A stretch of DNA of 64,000 nucleotides from Christensenellales bacterium (GTDB lineage: Bacteria > Bacillota > Clostridia > Christensenellales > UBA1750), in NCBI GenBank assembly GCA_050942895.1, contig JBMNOE010000002.1, positions 130,710-194,709 on the forward strand, written 5' to 3'. A program made the translations under genes and the position numbers. Positions 30,221 to 39,661 of the stretch are shown here, piece by piece; positions within the stretch are counted from its first letter, which is position 1, and each line of letters opens with the position of its first letter. The notes under the pieces are model-generated. The model did no database searches. It saw only the letters and a list, made by a program, of their open reading frames with translations, and was not told the DNA's origin.

Positions 30221-30407
30221 GCATACCACCGCTTTCAGAACATAGAGTATGGACCACTTACAGTAATTTAAATTTACTATAGCATATAAACATTTTATTT
30301 TCAATACTATATAGCAAAAAAGTACCAAAAAAGACTGCTTGTCAATTCGTTTCCACGAATTACGTAGTATTTTTAAAATAATTATTCAATATTATTATCG
30401 TAATTCA

Positions 30408-30436
30408 TTGACAAATGCCCCCAGCAGTATTAAAAT
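30408..30436 (+). promoter_or_regulatory. Sigma-A promoter (TTGACA, 17 nt, TAAAAT) for the nfeD-floT operon.
   Basis: cattgTTGACAaatgcccccagcagtatTAAAATaaa, located about 40 nt upstream of the RBS. Confidence 0.55.
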
Positions 30437-30478
30437 AAAAGTGAATTGAAATTACCATCGCTATAAGACAAAGGTGGG

Positions 30479-31234
30479 ATGAATATGCTTTCCTGGTTCG
30501 ATGCCCTTCCCCTGCTGGAAAAAATCTTTTATTACATGGCACTTCCTGCGACAGCAATTATCGTCATACAGACAGTGATGCTCATTTTCGGCGGCTTCGG
30601 CTCCGATCAAAGCGATCTGGACGCAGGCTCATCCGATTCCTTCGGCGACATTGACGGCGATCTCGACGTTGATTTCGACGGCGATCTTGGCGTTGATCTC
30701 GACCTTGACATGGCGGAAAGCGGCCTTGACATCTCCGGCGACATCGCCGACACGGATCTGCCCGAAAGCAGCGATGTCAACGAGCGGACCGCCGGTGAAA
30801 GCGGCATCAAGTTCGTCACCGTCCGCGGCGTCATCACCTTTTTCGCCATCACCGGCTGGACCGGAATTCTCTTCATGGAGTTCAAATTTCCAGAGCTTAT
30901 CTCCATAATCTTCGCCCTGATATTCGGCGCGGGCGCCATGGTCACGGTTGCATATCTCGTGCGCGCCCTGATGCGCCTGGACGCCAGCGGCAAGAGGAGC
31001 TATAATGCCGCCCTTGGCCAGGTCTGCGATGTTTATCTGACAATACCCGCCAGCGGCCAGGGTTCAGGCAAAGTCACCATGAACCTGGGCGGAAGGTTCT
31101 CCGAATATGATGCCATAACCACATGCCCGCGCCCCATAAAAACCGGCGAGGTGGCCCGAGTGGTGGACATCGTCAAGATGAACGTGATGGTGGTAGAGCC
31201 GGAAAACGGCGAAGCCGGCGAAGCAATCTTTTAG
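30479..31234 (+). CDS. NfeD-family membrane protein (YuaF-like), partner of flotillin.
   Basis: N-terminal TM segments, an Asp-rich repetitive linker and a C-terminal OB-fold/beta-barrel domain. Immediately upstream of an SPFH protein. Confidence 0.7.
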   Translation: MNMLSWFDALPLLEKIFYYMALPATAIIVIQTVMLIFGGFGSDQSDLDAGSSDSFGDIDGDLDVDFDGDLGVDLDLDMAESGLDISGDIADTDLPESSDVNERTAGESGIKFVTVRGVITFFAITGWTGILFMEFKFPELISIIFALIFGAGAMVTVAYLVRALMRLDASGKRSYNAALGQVCDVYLTIPASGQGSGKVTMNLGGRFSEYDAITTCPRPIKTGEVARVVDIVKMNVMVVEPENGEAGEAIF

Positions 31235-31291
31235 CGCAATTAATCCCCAGCGCAAGCCAAAAAACAAAAACAGAAAGGTGGAATTTAAAAC

Positions 31292-32710
31292 ATGCCATAC
31301 CTGATTATCTGGATATCGGTCATCCTTCTCATCTTCTTCGGTCTTGTTGCGGCCATTTTATCCCGCTACCGCAAATGCCCCTCCGACAAGATCATGGTCA
31401 TTTACGGCCGCGTGGGCGAAACCACCAGCGGTCAAAGCCATGCCGCAGCAAAGTGCCTCCATGGCGGCGCCACCTTCATATGGCCCATCATACAGGCATT
31501 TGAATACCTCGATCTCAGGCCCATTTCAATCGGCGTGGACCTAAAAAGCGCCCTTTCACGCCAGAACATAAGGGTGGATGCTCCCTGTAATTTCACCGTG
31601 GGCATCTCCACCGAGCCCGACATCATGCAAAACGCTGCCGAGCGCCTTCTGGGCCTTAAGCGCAACGAGGTGCAGGATCTTGCAAGGGATATCATCTTCG
31701 GGCAGCTTCGCCTTGTAATCGCCACGATGGACATCGAGGAGATCAACACCGACCGCGACAAGTTCCTGGCCGCCGTTTCCAGCAACGTCGAAGGCGAGCT
31801 TAAGAAGATCGGCCTGCGCCTGATCAACGTCAACATGACCGACATCACCGACGAATCCGGCTACATCGACGCCCTGGGCAAGGAAGCCGCCGCCAAGGCC
31901 ATAAACGACGCCAAGATCAGCGTCGCCGAAAAGGACAGGGACGGCAACATCGGCGCGGCAAACGCGCAAAGAGACCAGCGCATTCAGGTCTCCTCCGCCA
32001 ACTCCGCCGCCGTCAAGGGCGAAAACGAATCCCGCATAGTCATCGCCAACTCCGAGTCACAAAGGCGCGAAAGCGAGGCCGAGGCAAACCGCAAGGCCAC
32101 AGCCGCCGAAAAGGTCGCGGAAGCGAAGGCGCTCGAGGAGTCCTACGCAGCACAGAAGGAAGCCGAAACCGCCAGGGCAATGCGCGAACAGGCCACAATG
32201 GAGGCCGACGTCATCATCAGGGCGGAGATTGATAAGCGCCGCGCTGAGATCGACGCCGAGGCCGAAGCGGAGAAGATCCGCCGCCAGGCAAGGGGCGAGG
32301 CCGACGCAATATTCGCCCGAATGGAAGCCCAGGCCCGAGGCGTGGAGGAGCTCCTTTCCCGTCAGGCCGCAGGTCTGTCCAAGATAATGGACGCTGCCGG
32401 CGGAAACGCAGACGCGGCTGTCAAGATGATGATCGCTGAAAAGATGGAGGCCATCGTCAAGGCTCAGACCGAGGCCGTAAAGAACCTGAAGATCGACAAG
32501 GTCACCGTATGGGACGGCGGAACCGACGCGAGCGGCAAGAACGCCACCGCCAATTTCGCCTCGGGGCTCATAAAATCGCTGCCCCCGCTGAATGATATGT
32601 TTGAGATGGCCGGCCTTTCGCTGCCCAGCATCCTCTCCGTTGACGGGAAAAAGACGGAAGCCCTGCCGCAGGCCGTTGAAGCCCCACAGGCCGAAAGCGC
32701 TGCGCAGTAA
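31292..32710 (+). CDS. floT: Flotillin-like SPFH/Band-7 protein (FloT/YuaG-like).
   Basis: N-terminal membrane hairpin, an SPFH domain and a long Ala/Glu-rich coiled coil (EA repeats). Confidence 0.8.
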   Translation: MPYLIIWISVILLIFFGLVAAILSRYRKCPSDKIMVIYGRVGETTSGQSHAAAKCLHGGATFIWPIIQAFEYLDLRPISIGVDLKSALSRQNIRVDAPCNFTVGISTEPDIMQNAAERLLGLKRNEVQDLARDIIFGQLRLVIATMDIEEINTDRDKFLAAVSSNVEGELKKIGLRLINVNMTDITDESGYIDALGKEAAAKAINDAKISVAEKDRDGNIGAANAQRDQRIQVSSANSAAVKGENESRIVIANSESQRRESEAEANRKATAAEKVAEAKALEESYAAQKEAETARAMREQATMEADVIIRAEIDKRRAEIDAEAEAEKIRRQARGEADAIFARMEAQARGVEELLSRQAAGLSKIMDAAGGNADAAVKMMIAEKMEAIVKAQTEAVKNLKIDKVTVWDGGTDASGKNATANFASGLIKSLPPLNDMFEMAGLSLPSILSVDGKKTEALPQAVEAPQAESAAQ

Positions 32711-32868
32711 AAAACGAAGCTTACTTTCCGGACGCTCCTTAGGGAGATGCAAGCAAAGCCGCCTTGCTAAGAGCAACGGCGGTTTTGCGGCATCGTGGGC
32801 GGGTGGGTGCGCCGCCGGTAGAGGAAATCGCCCCCCAAGAGCAATTCTTTATTACTGGAAGTGATGAT

Positions 32869-33393
32869 ATGAATGAAAAGATAATCCTGGAGCGCCCCGG
32901 CCCCCAGCACATGGATGACGTTTTCTCCTACATGCAGGAGCATATCGGCCAGGGCGAATACCATCTGCACGGCTCCGGCGGGCTGGACAAGGCCCTTTCC
33001 TATGAGGAATGGCTGGAGGATCTCCGCCATGAACAAACGCAGCCTAAGGAAGGCCTCGTTCCCGCCACCACCTTTTTCGCCGTTAGAAAGCATGACAGGA
33101 AGCTTATCGGCGCCATTCAGATTCGTCATGAGCTGAACGACTTTCTCCTTAAATACTACGGCCATATAGGCTTCGGCGTAAGACCCATGGAACGCAAAAA
33201 GGGCTATGCCACCCAAATGCTCGGCCTGGCTCTGGATTACTGCCGCCAGTTAGGCCTTGAAAACATCCTCATTTCCTGCGATAAAACCAACGCCGCCTCC
33301 GCCGCGACAATACAAAAATGCGGCGGCGTTCTTGAAAACGAAGTCGCCCAGGAGGACGGCAGCCTCCTTCAGCGCTACTGGATTTCTTTGTAG
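32869..33393 (+). CDS. GNAT-family acetyltransferase.
   Basis: Acetyl-CoA binding motif (RKKGYATQMLGLALDYCRQLG). Confidence 0.7.
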   Translation: MNEKIILERPGPQHMDDVFSYMQEHIGQGEYHLHGSGGLDKALSYEEWLEDLRHEQTQPKEGLVPATTFFAVRKHDRKLIGAIQIRHELNDFLLKYYGHIGFGVRPMERKKGYATQMLGLALDYCRQLGLENILISCDKTNAASAATIQKCGGVLENEVAQEDGSLLQRYWISL

Positions 33394-33677
33394 CTTAAGA
33401 AACAACTTGAGAAAAACCAAGCCCCGTCGTACATACTACAGTGGGGCTTTTTAGTTTGTTTTTTCAGATATCCTTAAGGGCGCCGCCCTCAAACTCCAGC
33501 CAAAGCGAGGCTCCCTTTGTAATACCCTTATCACAATAAAACCTTTTTATAAAGGACCAAAGGAATTCTTCCCATTTCGTGTTCCCCTTCCTCAATGATC
33601 AAGAGCGCGGGAGAAAGGGTCAAGGGGTTTTATCCCTTGCGGGTGCGGGGTGGAGCCCCGGCACGCCTCCCCCCCGG

Positions 33678-34661
33678 CTAAAGTAGCTCAGCGCGCAGTT
33701 CCTCCGGCGACTGGGCGGAAAGCAGCCCCGGCGCGATGTCCAGCACCGTCCGTGCGCCGGTTTCGCCGTCCATCGCCATGCGGTAGGCCGCTCTTGCATA
33801 GGCAGTCAGCACATTGGCGGTAAACTCGGGGTTTGAGTCCAGCTTCAGGCTATATTCGATTATCTGCCGCGAACTCTGCCGTAAATTCTCCCCCGTGGTG
33901 CCGCTCCTCAGCACAAAGCCGCCATGGTTCATCCGGGAATGCTCCCGCTCAAACTCTTCCTCGCCGATGAATTTCACTGTCGTGTCGTAATCCGCGAAAT
34001 ATTTGGGCATGTTCACGATTTCACTCTCAATCCTCGCCCTGTCCGCACCTTCATGGGCCACAACATAGCAAAGCCTTCTGTGCTTTTCGCGGGTTGAAAG
34101 CTCCGGCGTTTCGCCGCCCCTTATCTTTTCAATGGCATCCTTTACCGGCAGGGTATATTGAACCGCCGCCTTGACGCCCTCTACGCGCCGCACCGCATCC
34201 GAATGCCCCTGGCTCACTCCGTCTCCCCAGAAGGTGTAATCAACCCCATTGGGCAGAACCGCCCGTGCATATGCCCTGTTGATGGAAAACAGCCCGGGAT
34301 CCCAGCCGACGGAGATGATGGAGAGCCGCCTGCCTTTTTTCGCAGCCTCATCCACCTTGGCGAAGTACCGAGGAATGTCCGCGTGGGTGTCGAAGCTGTC
34401 CACAGTGCAGAACATCCTGGCGATCTGTGGCGTCTGCTCCGGCAGATCCTTGGCGCTGCCGCCGCACAGCATCATCACGTCTATCTCGCCTTTAAACCTT
34501 GGAATATCGTTCATGTGGTAAACTTCAGCCATTGCGCCTTTGATGGTCTGAGGAGGCCTGCGGGTAAAAACCGCCACCAGCTCCATGTCCGAATTCTGAG
34601 CTATTGAAAGCTGCACCCCTTTGGCGATATTCCCGAAGCCGACTATGCCTATTCTTATCAT
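33678..34661 (-). CDS. ddh: meso-Diaminopimelate D-dehydrogenase.
   Basis: IGIVGFGNIAKG Rossmann motif and the Ddh signature GWDPGLFS. Confidence 0.85.
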   Translation of the reverse strand: MIRIGIVGFGNIAKGVQLSIAQNSDMELVAVFTRRPPQTIKGAMAEVYHMNDIPRFKGEIDVMMLCGGSAKDLPEQTPQIARMFCTVDSFDTHADIPRYFAKVDEAAKKGRRLSIISVGWDPGLFSINRAYARAVLPNGVDYTFWGDGVSQGHSDAVRRVEGVKAAVQYTLPVKDAIEKIRGGETPELSTREKHRRLCYVVAHEGADRARIESEIVNMPKYFADYDTTVKFIGEEEFEREHSRMNHGGFVLRSGTTGENLRQSSRQIIEYSLKLDSNPEFTANVLTAYARAAYRMAMDGETGARTVLDIAPGLLSAQSPEELRAELL

Positions 34662-34818
34662 ATCAAATCCTCCTTAAGCTGAGCTTCCTTTCCCATTGAT
34701 AATAGCATATTACCCCCCAAAATACCACCTGATCAGCTATCGCTATTTTTGATTGCATGTTATAATATTTGCATATATCTAAAGAGAATATCAATAAAAA
34801 CACACCAGAGGTGCAGAT

Positions 34819-37458
34819 GTGATAAAACAATTGATTGAAAACAAACATGAAAACCACATGATTCCTTTCTTCTGGCAGCATGGAGCGGACGAACAAACCC
34901 TTAGAGAGGTGATAAAGGCCATATATCTTTCCGGCTGCCGCGCCCTTTGCGCCGAGTCCCGCCCCCATCCCGATTTCGCCGGCGAAAAATGGTGGCAGGA
35001 CATGGACGTGATAATGGACGAGTGCAAAAAGCTGGGCATGCAGGTCTGGATTCTGGACGACGCCCACTTCCCCACGGGCTACGCCAACGGCGCCGCGGCA
35101 GGAAGCCCCCACCGGCGGCTTTTTCTTAGCGAAAGCCATGTGGATATAATCGGCCCGCAGAAGGGAACATCTTTGCTGATAGAGCCGGAGGGAAGGCCCG
35201 GCAACAGGACAAGCGATCAGGAGGGCATTGTCGCCGTGGTGGCGGGAAAGCGCATACCGGGCAAGGACATTGATCATAACTCATTCACCAATATCGACGG
35301 CGTTCCCGTGGAGGAACTGACCGATCTCACCCATCTTTTGGAGGACGGCATAATTCACTGGGATATCCCCGAGGGGCTTTGGCGCATATTCACATTCACC
35401 GCCACCCATGTAAGAACCGGCGCAGGCGCCAACCCAAGGCCCTATGTGAATCCCCTGACGGAGGAGGGCGGCAGGATTTTAATCGACGCTGTGTACGAGC
35501 CCCATTTCAAGCGCTACGGCAAGGATTTCGGAAAAACATTCCGCGGCTTTTTCTCCGATGAGCCCACCTTCGCCAACCACAGGGGCTACCATTCGATAAT
35601 CGGCCATGCCCCCTTCATGCAGCTTCCCTGGAGGGTGGACATGCTTTCTTTCCTGAGCGAATCCATGGGGGAGGACGCAAGGCGGCTGCTGCCCGCCCTT
35701 TGGTATGAATCTGAAAACATGGCTCCGCAAATGCGCTTCGCTTATATGGATGTGGCCTCCAGGCTCTATGGCGAAAACTTCTGCAGCCAGCTTGGCCGTT
35801 GGTGCGAGGAGCATGGCGCTGAGTATATGGGCCATGTGATAGAGGAGAACAACTGCCACGCCCGCCTTGGAAACGGCACGGGCCATTTCTTCCGTGCCCT
35901 TTGGGGGCAGCACTTTTCCGGCATAGATGTGGTGCTCCACGAAATCGTCCCCGGCATAAAGGGCGGCTCCCATGCATGGACCTCCTCCGACTTCGAGGCC
36001 GACGATGACTTTTTCTACTACATGCTGGCCCAGATGGCCACCTCTTTGGCCCATATCGATCCGAAGAAGAAAGGCCGGGCCATGTGCGAGATATTCGGGG
36101 CCTATGGCTGGCAGGAGGGCAACAAGCAGATGAAGTGGCTGGCGGATTTCATGCTGGCAAGGGGCATAAACTACTACATTCCCCATGCCTTCACCGAAAA
36201 GGCCTTCCCCGACCCGGACTGCCCGCCCCATTTCTACGCCTTCGGCCACAACCCACAGTTCAAGGGCTTTGGAAAGCTTATCACATACATGAACCGCATC
36301 TGCACCCTTATCGACGGCGGCATTCACAGGGCCAGGGCGGCGGTGCTTTACTACGCCGAGGCCGAGTGGGCCAGCGGCTATGACTGCATGAAGACCCAGC
36401 TTGCCGTGAAGGAGCTTAACCAGCGGCAGATCGAATGCGATGTTCTGCCCATGGATATACTGGCCGATGCAAAGCTCGAGGGCGGCGAGATAAAAATAAA
36501 CGGCGAAGAGTATGAGCTTCTGATCGTCCCCTACGCAAAATATCTGCCATATGAATTTGCAGAAACCTGCGCCCGTCTGACTAATGCCGGCGTGCCGGTA
36601 ATATTCATCGATGGCCTTCCGGAGGCTTCTTCCGCCGGCGGAGGTGACATCTGCGCCGCCCTTGAAAAGGCGGATGTAAAAGTTCTGCCCCTTTCCGATA
36701 TCGCCGGCGAGGCTTGTCGCATATTGAAAGACAGGGTGGAAACTGACAGCTTCCAGCCGGATGTGAAGCTTTACCACTACGCCAAAAGCGGCGAGGAATA
36801 TCTGCTTCTTCACAATGAGGATATATTCAACTCCAAGGCGTTTAAGCTGAAAGTCCCCGCTGAAAAGAGCCTTGCGCCCTTCTTGTATGACGCGATCGAG
36901 AACAGTTGCCATGCCGCAGCTTACAGCTTTGATGGCGGCGCGTATGAAATAGAAGTGGAAATTGCGCCTTATGAGATGAAGCTGCTGGTACTTTCAGGCT
37001 TCAAGCCGGAATTTGCCCTTTGCCCAATAGTGGAGCGCTGCGCTGATATTTCCGATAAATTTAAGACGATTTCCCTTTGTGAAGCAAGAGATTATCCTGA
37101 CTTCACCCACACCGACCTTGTGCCTGTTCTCGGCAATTTGAACGCGCCGGGCCGTCTGCCCCGCTTTTCCGGCTTTATCCGCTACGAAGCTCAGTTCGAG
37201 GGCAAGGCCGGAGCGCCTGCGGTTTTGGACGTCGGCGAGGCCCATGAAACGGTGCAGGTGTTCATAAACGGCGAGGATGCGGGCATGAAAATCGTGCCGC
37301 CATACCGCTTTGATATCGGCGCGCTGGTAAAGGACGGCCCAAATCATCTGGCAGTTGAGATAGCTAACACCCTCGTTCACAAGCAGCGGGACGGCCTTTC
37401 CAGGTTCCAGGCCATGCCGCCCAGCGGGCTGATCGGCCCCGTGCGAATTCTAACCTGA
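34819..37458 (+). CDS. Large glycoside hydrolase of uncertain family, with a TIM-barrel-like core and a C-terminal galactose-binding-like (GH2 sugar-binding type) domain. GTG start.
   Basis: 879 aa. N-terminal FFWQHGADE...VWILDDAHFPTGYANG and the C-terminal jelly-roll region are typical of uncharacterised clostridial GHs. Confidence 0.5.
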   Translation: MIKQLIENKHENHMIPFFWQHGADEQTLREVIKAIYLSGCRALCAESRPHPDFAGEKWWQDMDVIMDECKKLGMQVWILDDAHFPTGYANGAAAGSPHRRLFLSESHVDIIGPQKGTSLLIEPEGRPGNRTSDQEGIVAVVAGKRIPGKDIDHNSFTNIDGVPVEELTDLTHLLEDGIIHWDIPEGLWRIFTFTATHVRTGAGANPRPYVNPLTEEGGRILIDAVYEPHFKRYGKDFGKTFRGFFSDEPTFANHRGYHSIIGHAPFMQLPWRVDMLSFLSESMGEDARRLLPALWYESENMAPQMRFAYMDVASRLYGENFCSQLGRWCEEHGAEYMGHVIEENNCHARLGNGTGHFFRALWGQHFSGIDVVLHEIVPGIKGGSHAWTSSDFEADDDFFYYMLAQMATSLAHIDPKKKGRAMCEIFGAYGWQEGNKQMKWLADFMLARGINYYIPHAFTEKAFPDPDCPPHFYAFGHNPQFKGFGKLITYMNRICTLIDGGIHRARAAVLYYAEAEWASGYDCMKTQLAVKELNQRQIECDVLPMDILADAKLEGGEIKINGEEYELLIVPYAKYLPYEFAETCARLTNAGVPVIFIDGLPEASSAGGGDICAALEKADVKVLPLSDIAGEACRILKDRVETDSFQPDVKLYHYAKSGEEYLLLHNEDIFNSKAFKLKVPAEKSLAPFLYDAIENSCHAAAYSFDGGAYEIEVEIAPYEMKLLVLSGFKPEFALCPIVERCADISDKFKTISLCEARDYPDFTHTDLVPVLGNLNAPGRLPRFSGFIRYEAQFEGKAGAPAVLDVGEAHETVQVFINGEDAGMKIVPPYRFDIGALVKDGPNHLAVEIANTLVHKQRDGLSRFQAMPPSGLIGPVRILT

Positions 37459-37497
37459 TTCTTCACTATTTTTAGCGCAGGTGAAAGGAGCCGACAC

Positions 37498-37986
37498 ATG
37501 ACGGTATCGCAGGCACATAAGCTTTGGCAAGAAGGCGGCTTTTCTATCTCGGAAAGAACGGTGAGGAGATACTGTGAAAAAAGGCAGATAGAGGGCGTGA
37601 AGCAAATGACGATCAACGGCCGGTATATTATTCCCAACAGCGCCGTGGCGCCGCCGTATCTGCCCGCGAAGAAAAAGGCCCGCACTCAGTCAGACCATGT
37701 CCTCGACATTTTGACGGCCCTTAACGAAGGGAAAATGATCTACGCCGGAAACTTCAAGCTGAGCAAGGAAAAGCTTTCCAATTACACCCGGCTTCTTTTT
37801 GACGAGGGCAAGATAAGGCTGATCGAAGGCCGGCCCAAAAGGGATATAAACAGCTATATCTTAACCTTTGAAGGCCTAAAGCAACTGAAAGAGCAAAAGC
37901 CGCCGCGACCTTTGAACATCACCGTAAACAACAGCGCCAGCCTTATAAAAACAGGAGACATCGGCCTAAAAACCGATATCTCCTGA
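37498..37986 (+). CDS. Hypothetical protein. The N-terminus may be a DNA-binding HTH.
   Basis: 162 aa with an RBS-like GGAG upstream. No recognised catalytic motif. Confidence 0.45.
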   Translation: MTVSQAHKLWQEGGFSISERTVRRYCEKRQIEGVKQMTINGRYIIPNSAVAPPYLPAKKKARTQSDHVLDILTALNEGKMIYAGNFKLSKEKLSNYTRLLFDEGKIRLIEGRPKRDINSYILTFEGLKQLKEQKPPRPLNITVNNSASLIKTGDIGLKTDIS

Positions 37987-38012
37987 GAGCCTCTCGCAGC
38001 CCCCTTACGACT

Positions 38013-38537
38013 TCATTTTTTTCTGCGAAGGGGATAAAACTCACGGAATAGAGCAATGTAGGAGGGGAGTTTTTCAGTCTCAGGCTTCAAGAACTGAAAC
38101 ACCTCTCCGCTGCATTTTTCATGCAGCTTTCCGTTCAGTGTATATGTTTTTCTAAACCTGCATAAGCCGCCGGGCCTGTCCTTGCAGTGATGGCAGTCAC
38201 CGGGCCCTATATCAAAAGCAGCGCGAATATATTCCGGAGTTTTTTCGATAAAGCCGGCGTGCCTGTCGACATTGCTCAGGAACAGCCGCAGAATAACGCC
38301 CTTATCCGTGCAGTATATCCGCGCCGCAACCTGTTTGCTCTTTATGCCCGTCTTTGCGTATATAAGCAAGTGCCGCCCCCATGCGGGCGCACCCGCATAG
38401 CCCGGCGTAATGATTCCTCCGGCCGAATACCCCTGCGCTTCCATTTCCGCGTCGAACTTGGCTATAAAGGCCTTGTCCTGCAAAGAGATATAATCATACC
38501 GGCTCTCTGCAAGCTGCTCCGTTATGCCGCTAGTCAT
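38013..38537 (-). CDS. Hypothetical protein.
   Basis: 174 aa. Its stop overlaps the MerR gene start region. Contains a CHHC...C cluster. Confidence 0.45.
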   Translation of the reverse strand: MTSGITEQLAESRYDYISLQDKAFIAKFDAEMEAQGYSAGGIITPGYAGAPAWGRHLLIYAKTGIKSKQVAARIYCTDKGVILRLFLSNVDRHAGFIEKTPEYIRAAFDIGPGDCHHCKDRPGGLCRFRKTYTLNGKLHEKCSGEVFQFLKPETEKLPSYIALFREFYPLRRKK

Positions 38538-39565
38538 TTCCCCGCCTCCTTTGCCCCATTGCTTCCTTTCACTTTTATCGGAAATAGCAAGTCAAGCTGC
38601 TGCGTACCCGCGCCGATATCCCATTCTTTTACGATGTTATAAAAGTTGAGCGGCTCCTCCATTGCCCAATCCATCTCCGGATCGTGAGGTGTGACACGAA
38701 CCTCGCCCCACGCATGGACAAACTTTTCATTAGACATCACCCAGTCCCCGAGCCACGCCCATTCCTCAAACGCGCCCATCGGGATCATATGCGCGGCGTA
38801 CAAGCCGCCAGCGAACTGCTTTTTCACCAGCGGGGCGAATACTTCCATATCATCGGGGATCGTAACCCATGCTTCATATCCGTCTGATGCAGTATTAACT
38901 ACTTTCATCATTGGATTGTTAAAACCAAAAGATCGAAAATCGGGCTTGCGTTTATGGAGATTGTTTTCGTTGACAAACTTAGCGATTTGCCCGTACACAA
39001 CGCCCTCACAGCCTTCCCCGATGTGGTGCGCAGCCGCCACCGCGCTTGGCGGCAGATAAATAATCCGCACATCACGGTCGGTGAGCTTATTCAGCTTTTC
39101 ACTGGCGGCTTGTAAATCTGCCACCGTCTTTTCCTCTTTGAGCGGTAGCTTTTGCACAGTCAGCGCGTCCACGGCTTCCAGCAGGGCGGTGTCTTCCAAC
39201 AGGCTTATCTTTATATTTTGATGAATGCTCTCGTTAAGCCGCTCGACAAAAGTGCTAATGATATCCCGAATGGTGGAAAGAGCGGTAATCTCGTCGTCCA
39301 CCTCGGCCAGGCTTTGCTGGAAAGAGTCGATGATGGCCGCCGTGTTTTCGCTTTGCAAAATCAAAGCAATTTGCTTGAGGGGGATGCGCAGCTTCCTTAG
39401 AACAATGATCTGTCGCAACCGGACAGCCGCTTCCTCATCATAGGCGCGGTAGGCGTAATCGTCCTTTTTAGCGCTCTTTATCAAGCCTATCTGCTCATAA
39501 TAGCGAAGGGTGCGGGTTGAGATATTCAGCGCCCTTGAAATTTCGCTGATGGTTATTAGCTCCAT
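38534..39565 (-). CDS. MerR-family transcriptional regulator with a C-terminal GyrI-like effector-binding domain.
   Basis: ITISEISRALNISTRTLRYYEQIGLI HTH, a coiled-coil linker and a GyrI-like domain. GGAG RBS. Confidence 0.8.
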   Translation of the reverse strand: MELITISEISRALNISTRTLRYYEQIGLIKSAKKDDYAYRAYDEEAAVRLRQIIVLRKLRIPLKQIALILQSENTAAIIDSFQQSLAEVDDEITALSTIRDIISTFVERLNESIHQNIKISLLEDTALLEAVDALTVQKLPLKEEKTVADLQAASEKLNKLTDRDVRIIYLPPSAVAAAHHIGEGCEGVVYGQIAKFVNENNLHKRKPDFRSFGFNNPMMKVVNTASDGYEAWVTIPDDMEVFAPLVKKQFAGGLYAAHMIPMGAFEEWAWLGDWVMSNEKFVHAWGEVRVTPHDPEMDWAMEEPLNFYNIVKEWDIGAGTQQLDLLFPIKVKGSNGAKEAGK

Positions 39566-39661
39566 ATCATTTTCTCCTCTGAACATAGTCCCGAAAAGAC
39601 GAGCCATGTTCAGTATAAAGTGCGACATCGCGTCAAAGTCAACACTCCCCCAAGCATCAAA

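Noticed and set aside
32057-32776. 239-aa minus-strand ORF, plus the ORFs at 31432-31969.
   Set aside because: They are antisense to the Ala/Glu-rich flotillin coiled-coil region. Low-complexity coding DNA often opens on the opposite strand.
35479-36912. 477-aa minus-strand ORF.
   Set aside because: It is antisense to the 879-aa glycoside hydrolase gene. The hydrolase frame has coherent domain content and this one has none.
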